In this document: piece by piece, positions 26,955 through 40,748 of the stretch
Layout: each line of letters starts with the position of its first letter
How positions within the stretch are numbered: the first letter of the stretch is position 1
NCBI RefSeq assembly: GCF_001194135.2
Contig: NC_068988.1
Coordinates: 4,584,191-4,648,190 of the forward strand
From: Octopus bimaculoides
Lineage: Eukaryota
Length of the DNA: 64,000 nt
Direction: 5' to 3'
Notes under the pieces: model-generated
Databases searched by the model: none
What the model was told of the DNA's origin: nothing
The model's input: the letters and a program-made list of their open reading frames with translations, nothing else
Translations under genes and position numbers: made by a program

Positions 26955-27770
26955 CCGCAAACAGTCCGCTGAAGGACACCATCGGTGACTTTTGCTGGGT
27001 TTGAGCGGATTCCACCGATCACAAGTTGTGTGCTGTTCTCCAAGAAATATTTAATCCACGGATTACAATATTTGACAATTTTGATTGGAGGATATTGTGG
27101 TTGACTCTCTCGAACGCTTTGCTGGTGTCGAAGTATATCACAACAGATTTCGAACCTGATCCCAAGGCTTTCAGGATATCGTTAATGTGATGTAAGACCT
27201 ATGTAAGAGCTTTGTTAGGCAGTCGCTGTCACAGTGAAAGCCATGCTGGCTGGAATTTAAAAGGTTGTGGTTCTCCAGGAAGCCATTTATCAAGAACCAC
27301 CCACCCTTCAAACACTCTGGAGATATGGAAGGTGATTGAGATTGTGTGACAGTTGGCTGCGTAAGTCCTGTTTCCTTTTTAATGACCGGGATGACAGATT
27401 GAGATAAGAACTCTTTCGGTATATAGCCTGAGTCTAATGATTTGGTTAGAGGGACTGCAAGTTGGTGTCTACATTCCTTCAGGACAGTAGCGGGGTATCC
27501 GTCAGGACTTGCGGCGGAGTAGTACTTGATTTCATTTATTGCATCTATGATATTTGATGCAGTAAAAGTTATGCCCGAGATAACATGCTGAGGACTGAGT
27601 TGATTCAGATCCCTTGTGTCAATATCAATGGGATCACTTAAGACAGCGTAGTATTGTTTCTACAGTACTTCTTCCATTTCTTTGTCGTCCCATTTTATTA
27701 TTGCCAGTCGGTACCCAACTGACTCTGCGATCTGAAGCATATGTTTATTGAATTGTGCACCAGGTTATTA
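26955..27770 (-). mobile_element. CR1-type LINE reverse transcriptase fragment (decayed)
   Basis: FLENHNLLNSSQHGF..CLTKLL; VVIYFDTSKAFERVNHNILQSKL (cf. YLDFAKAFDKVDH); VTDGVLQRTV (cf. SGVPQGTV). Confidence 0.88.
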
Positions 27771-27804
27771 GTACTCATTGCCGAAGCAAAATATAGGTGC
27801 GCGT

Positions 27805-27810
27805 GCGAGC

Positions 27811-27847
<37 letters not shown>

Positions 27848-28065
27848 TGTGTGTGCGTCTCTGTGATGCGCGTCTGTGTCTGTGTGTGTGTGTGTGTGTG
27901 TGTCTGTGTGTGCGTCTGTGTGTGTGTGTGTGTGTGTCTGTCTGTGTGTGTGTGCGCGTCTCTGTGATGCGCGTCTGTGTGTGTGTGCGCGTCTCTGTGA
28001 TGCGCGTCTGTGTCTGTGTGTGTCTGTGTGTGTGCGTCTGTCTGTGCGTGTGTGTGTGTGTGTTT
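27805..28065. repeat. Complex (GT)n satellite with a repeated higher-order unit gcgtctctgtgatgcgcgtctgtgt (x3)
   Basis: Direct inspection. Confidence 0.9.
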
Positions 28066-28295
28066 GTGTCTGTATTTTGATTTGACATTGACATCTAATA
28101 ACCTAGCCTAGTCAATATACAAATGCTTTATAACGAAGCGTATGTATAATTTTTAGTTAGATCGAGCCAGCCTCTCACTATGTAAATTCACCTGTGTATT
28201 CAAAGGGTCATCACGCAAGAGACTGACTCGAGGTAAGTAACGATATTAATCTCTATTTTGGCAATGAGAACTCTTTCTTCCGACAATCAACAGCG

Positions 28296-28337
<42 letters not shown>

Positions 28338-28604
28338 ATATATATATGTACATGCCTACATGTACATACATCCATACATATATGTACATGCCTACATCTA
28401 TATGTATACTTACATGCATATATGGGTAGAGGACATCGCAAAAAAACGTTAAACACAATGAGAAACGAAAACAGAAAACGAACTTTTTTTTTAAACAGCG
28501 TAAAAAAAAACCAGAGAGACGAGACATGCGACATAAAGAATATTTCCCTTCATCAGTTGTTCCTGTTCCATCTACTCCGCGTTTCGAAGGCAAGGACAAT
28601 ACGC

Positions 28605-28661
<57 letters not shown>

Positions 28662-29964
28662 CAGTTAAATAAGATTCAGGAAAAGACCCTGTAGAATGCT
28701 ATGCAAAACTCGTCCACAGCTATCTGATAATTATTACACAACACCTCATCGATGTACGAAAAACGTACAACTTGTGTCCAAACAATTCTAGCGCTTTTAA
28801 ATAATGTCGTTCATTCCATTTTTTATCATCTATATAAGTTATATGAAGGTTATATAAAGGTTATATTCAGTCACTATTTTGTGGCAAAATTATTAATATT
28901 TCTTTTAAAAATTTGTTTACTTATATTTATAGGAAAATCATTAAACTTACATTCCTTGTGTTGGTAATAGTAAAATCACGAACAGTAATACTCGGGTGAG
29001 ATTTAATTTCTGCTGTTGTTTCAACTATGAAAGGTCCATAGTTTTCACCGCAGGTATCCAAAGTCCAGTACATTTCACAACTCTAGTAAACAAAAAAAAA
29101 AAAAAGAAAGAATTATTTAGTTATTATATTCCAGAAAATTGTTTCTTTAAATATATTTTAGAGAAGAGAAACTATGTCAATGTTATAATTGAGAAAAATT
29201 AAACTTCATTTGTTGTGAAATCAGATGACTGATATTTTTCGCAGCAGTACTTTCGAGAATCATTATCTGTCATTTGGACATTTTTAGAACAAAAATAAGA
29301 AGGAAAGGAATCATTACAATTAAGGTGGGAAAACGGAAATAAATTGAAGGATATTTGAAAAAAAAAAAACTTCAAAATATAAAAAAAAATACACATATAT
29401 ATATTTGAAAATAAAGGCACAAAAACAGTTTAATTATTATTATTATTGTTGTTATTAGTATTGTTGTTTATAACGGCAACACAAATAATAGTAGCAATAA
29501 CAAAACTAATATTATATATAATAAACAGCTATAGTAAAATATTGTATTTAAAGTTAATATCTGTTTGCTGGTAGCATAAAATAGTTTGATAATTCTTGTT
29601 TCAGAAATAAACAGCGCAGAATTTATTGCAAATAGAAATCATTCGCTGTAATCAGATAGTTTTGATGAAATCAACACATAAAATCTGGAAACTGTTTTAT
29701 TTCTACCTATGTGATTGTACCTGAATCAGATGTAACAGGTATATAAAATGTAAAGCCGTATAGTCATCGAATCAGCAAGCAAAGAGATCAACGCTTTACT
29801 GGGTTAAACGGAAATGTTGAAATGAATTCAAGCTAGTCTCCAACATTTTGTTGAATATACACACGTGTGTATATGTATATATAAATTGATATTTTTTAGT
29901 CATTTGTAATTATAAGAAATAATTATGCTATATTCTTTATATAAGCGTGTATGTACATATGTTG

Positions 29965-30150
29965 TGTTGTGACCCCCCTTCGGTCACGAATGACCATGGG
30001 ATTGCACCTAGAAATTTACCCTCCGAGGCACAAGTCTGGGCAAGGCTGTTTTATGGAAGAATAGCAATCGCCCATGCATACCAGCCTCCCCTCTCCTCGC
30101 CACCAATGTTATCCTAGGGAAAAGCAAAGGGGCCGACACAGCTTGGCACC
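29965..30150 (-). mobile_element. SINE/LINE-tail-like interspersed repeat fragment next to (AC)n
   Basis: GC-rich island ending ...ggtcattcgtgaccgaagggggtcacaacacaac on the minus strand; recognised from memory as a common octopus repeat, not verified. Confidence 0.5.
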
Positions 30151-30151
30151 A

Positions 30152-30209
<58 letters not shown>

Positions 30210-30913
30210 AATCAGGTGTAGTTCATGTTAATATTTTCATAATAACCTAATTAGCAGATTAACTTTTAAATTTACTCAGACAGTTTGGCTTTGAAATTCA
30301 GTTTTATATGTTGGTACGAAAAGGAAAGACGCGTATTGTAAAACTTCTGCGAGAACCATTTTGAGAAGATGGAATATTCGATTAACTTTTAAGCGGTTGA
30401 TTAATTGAAGATCAATAATGGATTTGTAAACACTTCCGAAGAAGACCTTTTAGTGTGTATCGCACCCTGGTCAAGGAAAACAAATGAGTTCTCAGATGCT
30501 GAGATATGATACGAGGTCAATCGAAAAACAAAAAAAAGGATGAGTTGAAGCGATGTGAGCTTCTGGGGGAGATTGACATAAACCAAGAAAGTCCAAAAAT
30601 ATATTTACATAATCATTTTAAAAAAAGGTGATTAGAGGGTTAAGTTGTTATCCATTTCTACACCCGCCATTGCAGGACAACATATAAAGCTAATGGCTTT
30701 AGTGATATGCAAATGCACAAAAGTAGTCAAGGTTCGCTTCTGTTCTGTTGATTCCTTCGCATGTAAAACTAGTGTTTTATTTAAAAACTTATTTCATTGT
30801 CTATATGTATAAGTCAATAGAATCAACTTTGTCTTCGATTCAGTTTCTCGTACAAGCACACGTACCACACATGAGACCAGATTCATATATAAAAGAAAAC
30901 TACAGATTTGTCG

Positions 30914-30957
<44 letters not shown>

Positions 30958-31089
30958 TACACTATGATATATGTATTCATATATAATGTATATCATAAAT
31001 AGAGAGATAGGCAAAAGAGGTAGAGAGATATACATATGTAATATATAAATTCGTATCTCTCTCTCTCTTTCTTTCTTCTCTCTCCCCCC

Positions 31090-31121
<32 letters not shown>

Positions 31122-32649
31122 GATGAGATGTGTGTGTATCTATGATTGGCCGCTTTTGTGGGCGTTGCTCCTGATGCTCTACCTCTTTTCCTCCCCACCC
31201 CCGTACAACTTCCACTACTACAAATTGGTGCGAGCTACTACGACATTCTGTAAACTGCTAATCCCCAGGATAAAGCAAAGTAGAATCAATAACAATATAA
31301 ATATGCACTTAGCTTCACAATACACCAATGACAGTTAATCAATATCATTCGCAGAGTGCAGCGATCGTAAAATGCTATTGCATGCCGAAGTTTTTGCTAC
31401 CATTATTGCTGTTGTTATTGTTGTTGTCAATAACATTGATATTGTGGAACCGTGATGATAGAGCAAATGTTAGAGAGCCAAACAAACTTGATTGTTTTCA
31501 GTGTTCTAGTCTTCCTTGTTTCAAATTCACATCAAATGTAGTTAAGTCTTTCGTTCTGAATATAACAACGAAGTAGAATAAACGCCATTTAAATGGAAAG
31601 CTTTTTTTTTCAGTTTACCAATTTCTTTAAATTTTAGGAAGTTAATTTGACAGGGATATATTAAATAAACAGATGAAAGAAGGTTTGCAAGCCTTCTCAG
31701 ACGTCGATGTGGTCAATGATCCGTTAGAAATTCTGTAGATAGGAGTTCAAAGTGTTTGCACTTTAGCGACTGATCAGATATTTTAAGAGAAGTGAACAAA
31801 TCAAGTATTACACAGTTTTCTACTTGAGACTTGAATATTTAATTGAGACATTGGATGAAAAGATTGTATTGACTAGCTAATGGTTTTAGTGACTGCCATG
31901 TCTTCGTAATCAGTCAGCAGGACTCTTTTAGATATCGACTAAAACATTTTATATGTAAGAGCTATGACTAACCCAACTATTTGGACATTTTTCTAGCATC
32001 TATACTATCTCGGCTACTTGAGCACAACCCGAGCAGTTATAGTGACTCGGCTGTTTGAGCAGGACTTCAATTTGGAATGCACTTATATTGTACTTTCCAG
32101 TGTCTGCAGTGGGTTCATCAAGAATGAAGGGAAAGAGAAAAATTAATTATAGAAGGTACGTTTTATCACATTACAGTTATTCAGACATACATCTTACAGA
32201 GAAAAGGTTTTGCTGTGAAAAGTTCATGGAGAGAGATGTAGTAACATGCATTTCTTTGACAAATATAATGAACGTTGTTTGGTGACGGTGAATGCACGGT
32301 GAGGTTTTTTTAATCGTTGTTACTTTCAGTAATGCTTGACTACTGCGAGATGACTAAACTTTAGGAGGCTGACATCCCTATGGAGTGAATTAACCACGAG
32401 TGAAGGACGATATCCGCATATAAATGTTTGCAAATACCACAAAATATTAATAAAGGAAAAGAATTATAGATGACTTATCAGAAGCTTGGTGAGCATAAAC
32501 CGTGGGTGAGACACAGTAGCGTGGACACAGACTGGAAGGAAACGGCTTGGATGCAAACTTTGAAACCATGAGTTGGGTTACGCCGACGGGTTCGAAGGTT
32601 TATGAATGTAAATATCCTACTTACCTCTAGTATGTGAAGGGTAACATAA

Positions 32650-33600
32650 CACCGTTATGTGATGTTGATTTACAAGACTTTAAACGAGACATTAATGGCC
32701 TCAAAATCACAGATCTGAGAGGGCTTGCATAGGTCATAGTAGTTGCTAGTTTCTTCAGACACATCAAGTAAAAGATCATTCCCTTTCTTTTATCATCTTC
32801 CCTCCTAATTCAACTGCACAGGCACTTTTCTCTATGTTATATCCAATTATTATTTTGCATATATTCCGGTTCATATTTTCCTGCAGTTGTATCGAAATGT
32901 TATACTAGATCTATAAATGGCTTTTCATTGTGTCCGGTTAAATCAATATTCTTGACAAACTGACATTACTGGTTTCTCAGTCCTCTACTTCAAAATTTCT
33001 TTCAAAATATTCAAGGGCTTTCATCATTATGGAAGAACAATGAAAAGGCTTGGTAAGAGAACACACTCTTGATTTGCACCAACTATTGCTGAATATCCGA
33101 TTAGATGGCGTTATATCATTTATAATTGGTAAGCTGGTGTTACGTTTTCGTACATTCCACCATACTACTTAACAGCACACATATCCAGTCAATGAAGATG
33201 CAGTCAATGAAGGTATAACTGGCATCCCAGGCATTTTTTGTATTTTGTAGACTAATAACGTTACAGATCTTTTGAATATTGTTTCTCCTTTCTTCTGAAC
33301 CATCCCGCTTCACTAGATATTATTATCGTTGGCTTTACTTAAAGCAAGGAAAACAAAAAGCAACGCCTTACAGAAGTGCTTAATTAAGCAATTTGTATTG
33401 TCTGTTTGCCCACTTTAAATTATAGTTTCCTTGTTTCAGCTAAGATATAACGCTTTATTGTATCATTTCAATGATCCATTCTCAACGTTTCCTTTTCAGA
33501 GAATCTCCGTAACATATTCCATTCATTGCTTTAGCATGTCTGCGTCTGTATTGCCTCTCGAGGAATTTATTACATTATAAATTCCTGATTGACTGCGAAA
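32650..33600 (-). mobile_element. Very degraded RTE-type LINE RT region
   Basis: VGANQECVLLPSLFIVL resembles RTE VGVHQGSVLSPLLFIIVL; many stops and frameshifts. Confidence 0.4.
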
Positions 33601-34063
33601 CTTTCAAAGTTATTTCGTGTCATTGCTAGAGAAAATTACTCTCCTTAAATGTTTTATAACATTCTTATCTCCTTCCATTTTGCGTTTGTAAAGTTACTCG
33701 TGGTACTTGATGAAAATGTAAAGGTTCTGTCAATAGAAGCCTGCAAATGCACATTTTGAGAGTATAATTTATTTTATCCCTTTAACCACTATTTTTCATT
33801 ACAACACAGTTATTAGTTACTCGGGAAAATTTGTTAAACGTTCGAGAAATACAAAACTAAGATATTTTATTTATTTTATGTAACGTTTAACGAGGAAATA
33901 TTCTTCATGTTTAAATATTGAAGTTGGCATGAGCTGTATAGAACCTAATTCTTAATTACATACATACATGTATATATACATTCACATACATTTATATACA
34001 CACACATTTATATACACATATACGTATACATACATATATATATATACGTATACATACATATAT

Positions 34064-34096
<33 letters not shown>

Positions 34097-35399
34097 CGCA
34101 TACATATGTATATGCATATATACAAATTTACATAGATACGCGTGTGCGAGTGTGTATGTGCGTGTATGCTTCGCGTTATAAAATTCAATATTTCACTATT
34201 CTAAATTCAAATCCTTTAGTATACAATTTGTAACAATTTATAAAGGCTGTCGTTACAAAAATTAACAAGAATTAATTATTTCAAGTCAGTCGAATATATC
34301 CGACAACCACGTTAGGCGGAGCTCCTTAAACGCATGAAACCCATTAATACTTAATGAATGCTCCTGATAATGGGAATATTAAGTATGGCACACTATTTAG
34401 CTTGGTCATTCATCTTATTGTATGCAACAACTACTAAAGCGGATTAGCACATTTTACATTAATCTAAATCAGAAGGGATTTTGCACAAACTGTTTTCCTT
34501 AAGATAAACGTTTTCTGTTTGTAAAGTTTAGTTTTCTAAGTGATAAATCTACAAATGTGTTTTTACAACATCAATAATCAATTAGATAAATGGCCGACAT
34601 ATTCCATAACACGAGTTTTATCGTAGAATTTACTTAATTTATATTTACTTATGGTTTTTACTGCTAGTATTTTTTCAGATTATTTCTCAAGACTGCTAGG
34701 AATTGGTTGAATCAATTTATTTTAGAAGTAGTTTTGCCTCCACATTTATATTTTAGATTTCACACGTTAAGAAAGGGTTTTTAAAAAGGACTTTTAATGA
34801 CATATAAACAAGTTTGCCAGCTAACGATATAATTAATTTCAAATCTGGACGATAATTGAAGCCCTACTTGTGTAAGTGACCAGGACAGCACTGGTTGCAC
34901 TTTCATGATTGGCTCTTCTTGTTATATAATAATAACAATAACTTTGGTGCCAGTGAGTCAGTTGATATGTTTGTGCGATAAGTGACAAAAAGAAAGAAAT
35001 CGAGAGGAGTGAGCTTGAGAGCGAAAGATAGAAATATGAGAGAACATTTAAACAATAAGTGTCTCTTAATTAAGTGGATAAATTGGTTGTATATTTTTTT
35101 AATTAATCAAACGCAGCTGTGGTATTTACTGCTAGGCGTCAAAAGTCAAGGGAGATTGCTGATTGGTGTTAAAACAACCAACGAGGAGTTACAATGAGTT
35201 ACAAACTCAAATCACTTTCAGCACCTATTATTTATTATACAGCAAAATATCCTTGTAATAACTCGAGGAGAACGACAGAACGAGTCAGAGATATTATCAA
35301 CAAAACTAGTGAAGTACCATTTACTATTTTTAGAGAACCAGCTGCTTTGTGACTTTGTACCTCATCACAGGAAAGGTTTCAGACTACAAACCATACTGT

Positions 35400-35780
35400 A
35401 TCAACAAGGCCCTCGCTGCAGAATTGAATAAAGGCACAAATGCATAAAGAAGAGTGAAGCACCCCAATAGAATTCATCAGAAGACATAACAGGGTTGTTG
35501 CATATCTTCGTGGGAAGATGTGAGAGGAGGCAACGTGACTTTAGAAGAAAATAAATGGAAGTTATTCTCTGAAATACGAAAGTAGATATAGAGATGAACA
35601 TCTGATCAGACTGAATTATAGCAGATTCGTATTATAAGAGAGAGAAAATCAGAGTGATAAACAGACTGGATTATACGAGAGAGTGGAGAGAACCTGTATT
35701 ATAACATGCATGCATTATAAGAAAAAGAACCAAAGAGAGAGAGAGACCGACATTGAGTTCTTGTGCACTAATAAATGACG
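35400..35780 (+). mobile_element. Very degraded R4-like RLE remnant
   Basis: EFIRRHNRVVAYL resembles EY.RRHD.VA..+H; downstream ataaacagactggat..gagaacctgtattata resembles NRPD..ERTC+I. Confidence 0.4.
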
Positions 35781-36181
35781 TTTGTGCAAATGGCAACAAG
35801 ATCAAAATAAAAGGAGGTTTGTAAACTTTTCAAATATAAATAGTTGAAGACTGCTATAGTGGTGGAATATGAACACAAAAATAGCTCCAATCATTATAAA
35901 AGCGCTGAAATTCTCGGTCATGGAACAGAAAAGAAAAAAAAAGGATTTGCCTGAAAGACCTTTCATAAGTTCAGAAAATGGCACCCTTGTGCAGCGCACT
36001 TATTATACGTAGAATATTATGAATAAACTCAGAACCGCATGGTATTTCGAAACACTAATGATTCTGCCAATCAACAACTATGATGATACAGATAGCGCTA
36101 CTAGATACTACACATATATACACATGTGTGCGTACCTACATATATTTATATATATTCCTACATGTCGTTTATCTTTGATCA

Positions 36182-36570
36182 TTTACTTGTTTCAGTCCTT
36201 AGACTGCGGTCATGTTAGGGCAGAGCCTCGAATTTTTACTTGAATGAATTGGCCCCAGTATTAATTTTCCTTTAAAGCCGGGTACTTATTTTATCGGTCT
36301 TTTGCCGAACCGCTAATTTACGAGGACGTAAACGCACACACACCAGTTGTCAAGCGGTGGTTGGAACTAACAAAGACACAGACACGCGCACACGCGCTCA
36401 CACACATACGACGGGTTTCTTTCATTTTCTGGCTACCGAATCTACTCACAAAGCTTTTGTTAGCCTGAGGCTAGTTTAGAAGACACTTGGCCAAGGTGAC
36501 ACGCAGTGGGACTGAACTTGGAACCATGCGGTGACGAAGCAAGCTTCTTACCACACACCACGTCTGCTCC
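36182..36570 (-). mobile_element. tRNA-derived SINE (family B), near full length
   Basis: Minus-strand head gtggtaagaagcttgcttc..catggttccaagttcagtcccactgcgtgtcaccttggccaagtgtcttc; same family as 55216-55390. Confidence 0.8.
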
Positions 36571-37712
36571 TTAGACATATAAATATACAGACACATACAA
36601 ATATATGCATATACGTGTGAGAGAGAGAGATTGTGTGTATGTATGTATGTATGTATGTATGTATATGCATCCACACACATACACACATAGGTACATGTAT
36701 ATATATAAATACACATACATAAATACATACATATGTTCACATACATGCATATATGCATTCATTCACTATTTATTGACGTAAACAACATGGTCGGACCCGC
36801 TATCGCTATTAGCTTCAATGGATACCCCCCCAATTGGCGTAGCTGTTGCATAGACCAAGTATCGCCAACAATATTTATCTCATACTAAACATTAATCTTA
36901 ATGAAATGAATACCTCCCCAAATAATTTGTTTGACAACCATAGCACTAGTCGTTTCATCATAAATAATTAGAGGTTTTTATTTATTCATGCAATGCATGT
37001 TTTGGCTATTTCTTCTAAACGGGAAATTACAGAAGACAGAAATCAAAGAGAAGAGGGAAAAAAACACAATATTGACCATCATTATTCGAAAAAATGCTTT
37101 ACTTCTTTCGTCTCACTTCATCTTTCACTCCTACTTAATTTCTTTCTTTTTAATCTCTTCCATTCACTCACACATACACTCCCTCTCCCCCCTCTCTCTC
37201 TCTCCCCCTCTCTCTCTCTCTCTTTTATCGATATCCCTCACACTATCCCTATTTTTCTCTCTTGATGTTTTCTTTTTTCTTTCTTTGCCGCAAACAGTGG
37301 AAATAATTGTTTCTGTATGTCGTGCTATATAATTATCCGTTGACATGTTACCTACGCATTTCTTACGGAAGTCTGCCTGGCTGCACAACCTAGTTCTCTC
37401 TGTATTTGCTTCTCTTTAAGAAATAGACTCTCTCTCTCTCTCTCTCTCCCCCCCCTTTTTTCTCTCACGCGTACACATGCTTTCACACACACACACATTT
37501 GTACTCGCACGTACATATGTATAGTTATTCTATGTGTGCGTGTGTATGTTATGTAAATATATCCTTCGGGGGCCCTAACTCACGTGTCTTCTAACTAAAC
37601 ACTTTAGGATATATTTACATCACATTTACATTATATATATATGTGTATATACAGAAATTGATATTATATATATATACACACAATATATGCATGTATATAC
37701 ACAAATTGATAT

Positions 37713-37756
<44 letters not shown>

Positions 37757-38609
37757 NNNNNNNNNNNNNNNNNNNNNNNNNNNNNNNNNNNNNNNNNNNN
37801 NNNNNNNNNNNNNNNNNNNNNNNNNNNNNNNNNNNNNNNNNNNNNNNNNNNNNNNNNNNNNNNNNNNNNNNNNNNNNNNNNNNNNNNNNNNNNNNNNNNN
37901 NNNNNNNNNNNNNNNNNNNNNNNNNNNNNNNNNNNNNNNNNNNNNNNNNNNNNNNNNNNNNNNNNNNNNNNNNNNNNNNNNNNNNNATATATAGGGCAAG
38001 AGGAGTACAGATAGCACATAACTATTAGGAGCCTTGATGAATGGTTTTTTTTATCCTTTGTGTTGAGTCCAATAGAAAATAAGAACGCTTTGTGGCATAG
38101 GCAAAAAAAAAAATAGTTTGATAGAAACGGCTGGAGGTTGAAAGGAAAGAAAGCTTATATTTTCAACTTTCTTTTTTGATTGTGATTCAAATAATCATGA
38201 AAATACCATAAAATCGGTGCTTATCGCTCACACTACTGTAAGCCTTGATTATCAAGAGAATTAGAAGAGAATGTTGGACACGAGCCAGCTAGAAGACGTT
38301 CGCAACTAAATAAATACGATACCTATGGGAGGAATATATGATATATGCATATGTTACCGCTGCCAAATATGCTCGATAACCAAAATACACCGACTATATA
38401 ATTGGTTAGGAGTATTGCTACATGCTAAGGCAGATATTTTTGATGCTTACTAATTATATTGCTCTTTCCATCGATTCAAATATATCTAGGCCACAATAAA
38501 AATAGAAACTTCCCTTCGTTTTTCGTCTCATTAAAATGCTTCTTCATATTTGAGACATAACAAAAACAACGTCTATGATAGCAATAATAATAATTTTTTT
38601 TTTTTTTTA

Positions 38610-39935
38610 CTCTAGGAAGAACGCCTGAATTTTCGTGGAAGGAGGCGAGTCCATTACATCGAACCCGTAATTCAAATAGTATTTATTTGATTGACCCCGA
38701 AAGAATGAGAGATAAAGTCGACCTCGACAGAATTTGGATGTAAAGGCGGACGAAATGCCGCTAATCATTTTGCTTGGTGTGCAAACGATTCTGTGAGCTC
38801 CCCACTTTAATAGCCATTATAATTATAGTTTCAAATTTTGACACAAGGCCAGTAGTTTTGGGATAGGGACCAAGTCGATTATATCGACTCCAGTGCTCAA
38901 CTGGTACATATTTTATCGATCCAGAAAGAGAAGATGGAAGGCAAAGTAGGCTTCGGCGGAATTTGAACTTAGAACGTAATGACGGATGAAATGCCGCGAA
39001 GAAGGAGGAGGAGGAGGAGGAGAAGGGTTTCTGTTTTTGGCGCAAGGTCAGTAGTTTTGGGATAGGAACACAAGTCGATTACATTGACTCCAGTGCTCAG
39101 ATGGTACATATTTTATCGACCCCGAAAGAGAAGATGGAAAGCAAAGTAGACCTCGTCGGAATTTGAACTTAGAATGTAATGACGACAAAATGCCGCGAAG
39201 AAAAAGAAGGAAGGGGAGGAGAAGGAGAAGATGAAGGGTTTCTGTCTTTGACACAAGGCCAGCAGTTTCAAGAGAAATGTTTTAGTCGATACGTAAAATG
39301 TTGGAAGCCATGTCAATAATAATCGTTTCTAATATAGGTACAAGGCCAGCAATTTTAGAAGAAAGGATAACTCGATTCAATCAACCGCAGCATTAGATAG
39401 TTTATTCTATTGACCTCACAGGCATGAGACACAAAGTTGTCTTCGGCAATATTTGAACTCACCTTGTAAAGAGCAGGGAGAAATACCACGAGACACTTTC
39501 TACCGATTCTGCGAATTTGCAGCCCTTATTCTAACAACTGTTTCAAGCGGGCACCAACTCAAACTTTCGGTGTTGTGATGAGGTCGGATGAATGGCTGAT
39601 TGTATCAACCCTAGTACTTGACTTCCCCCGTGGGGAACAGGAGGAAATTTTGCCTCAGCAGCAAATTGTTAGAAGCCGGATAAATTTATTACAGGTCCTC
39701 TAATAATTCTTCCAAACCATCCTTCTGATAATAATAAACCCTTTCTATTATATGCACAAGGCCTGAAAATTTGTAGGAGAGGGCTAGTCTTTTATACTGA
39801 CGCCAGTGTTCAACTGGTACTTATTTTATCGAACTCGAAAAGATGAAAGGTAAAGTTGGCCTTGACTGAATTTGAATTCAGATCGTAAGAATCTGAAAGG
39901 AGTTTTGCATTTTCGCGACGCTTTAAGCATTTTGC
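38610..39935 (-). mobile_element. Cluster of about 7 co-oriented SINE family C copies and fragments
   Basis: Recurring acaaggcc..gtcgatt..ccagt..actggtac..ttttatcgac..aaag..atg..aaagt.gacctcg..aatttgaact units near 38610, 38825, 39025, 39235, 39325, 39540 and 39735. Confidence 0.85.
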
Positions 39936-40149
39936 CAAGAACTTACAACAAGGTGTAGGGGATATAATTTACATTAAATTGAAAGATCTGACAAGAACAT
40001 CATAATATACACTGAGGTATATCAATATTTGATTATGTAAACACAGATAAATTCCGCAAAAACAAACATAAAAGGTAAATAGAGAGGGAGAGGGAGAGAG
40101 AAAGAGATTCGTAGATACAAGTTGATATGTAGTAAAGGAAATAGGAACA

Positions 40150-40640
40150 ACCCACACACACCGGGTTAAGAAGGAACAACTAGGGTTAGATGAGAGTCAC
40201 ACATTTAGACAGCTTCTACCCAGTGTACTTTGTACGATCACAAAAGCACCACCGAAAAATCTGGTCTCTGAATGTTTCGGAACCGCTTCCCTCTGCAGGT
40301 GTGGTGTATCCTTTCCTTGACTTATGTCCTTATCAGCAGTCTATCCGAGGCTGTTGGTCTCATCATTGTGTATATTATCTTCAGTTTCTTCTTTCGGCAA
40401 TGTGTTGAAATTGTTCATGAGTTCCTTGTTGGTTAATTGGAGAACCATGAATTTCATGTTTCCACGAGATGTGTTCCTCATTCCATGTCTTACAGATGTT
40501 TGACGGGAAGGCACTTTCCTTTTTTCTGTCTCCAGCAGTTAATCACTTCTGTCGCACACACATTCACTCTTTCTCATCGTCTTGCCATGATGACCTGATG
40601 TAGCTGACTGCAGCTGAAAGAGATCCTTGGATCCACCAAA
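40150..40640 (-). mobile_element. Possible CR1 3' end, decayed
   Basis: NNFNTLPKE..DKDISQGKDTP resembles CR1 C-terminal LFN.LPK..LD.+L..+PD.P. Confidence 0.35.
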
Positions 40641-40709
40641 TTCGTAATTATTAGTATTTCTATCATTTATCTTTATCATAGGTTTTGTATTATTATCATT
40701 ATCATCATC

Positions 40710-40748
<39 letters not shown>
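40710..40748. repeat. (TAT)n microsatellite
   Basis: Direct inspection. Confidence 0.95.

Noticed and set aside
38610-39935. CRISPR-like repeat/spacer appearance of the SINE cluster and of the ATCGAT spacing
   Set aside because: Eukaryotic context, long degenerate units, no constant repeat length and no cas genes.
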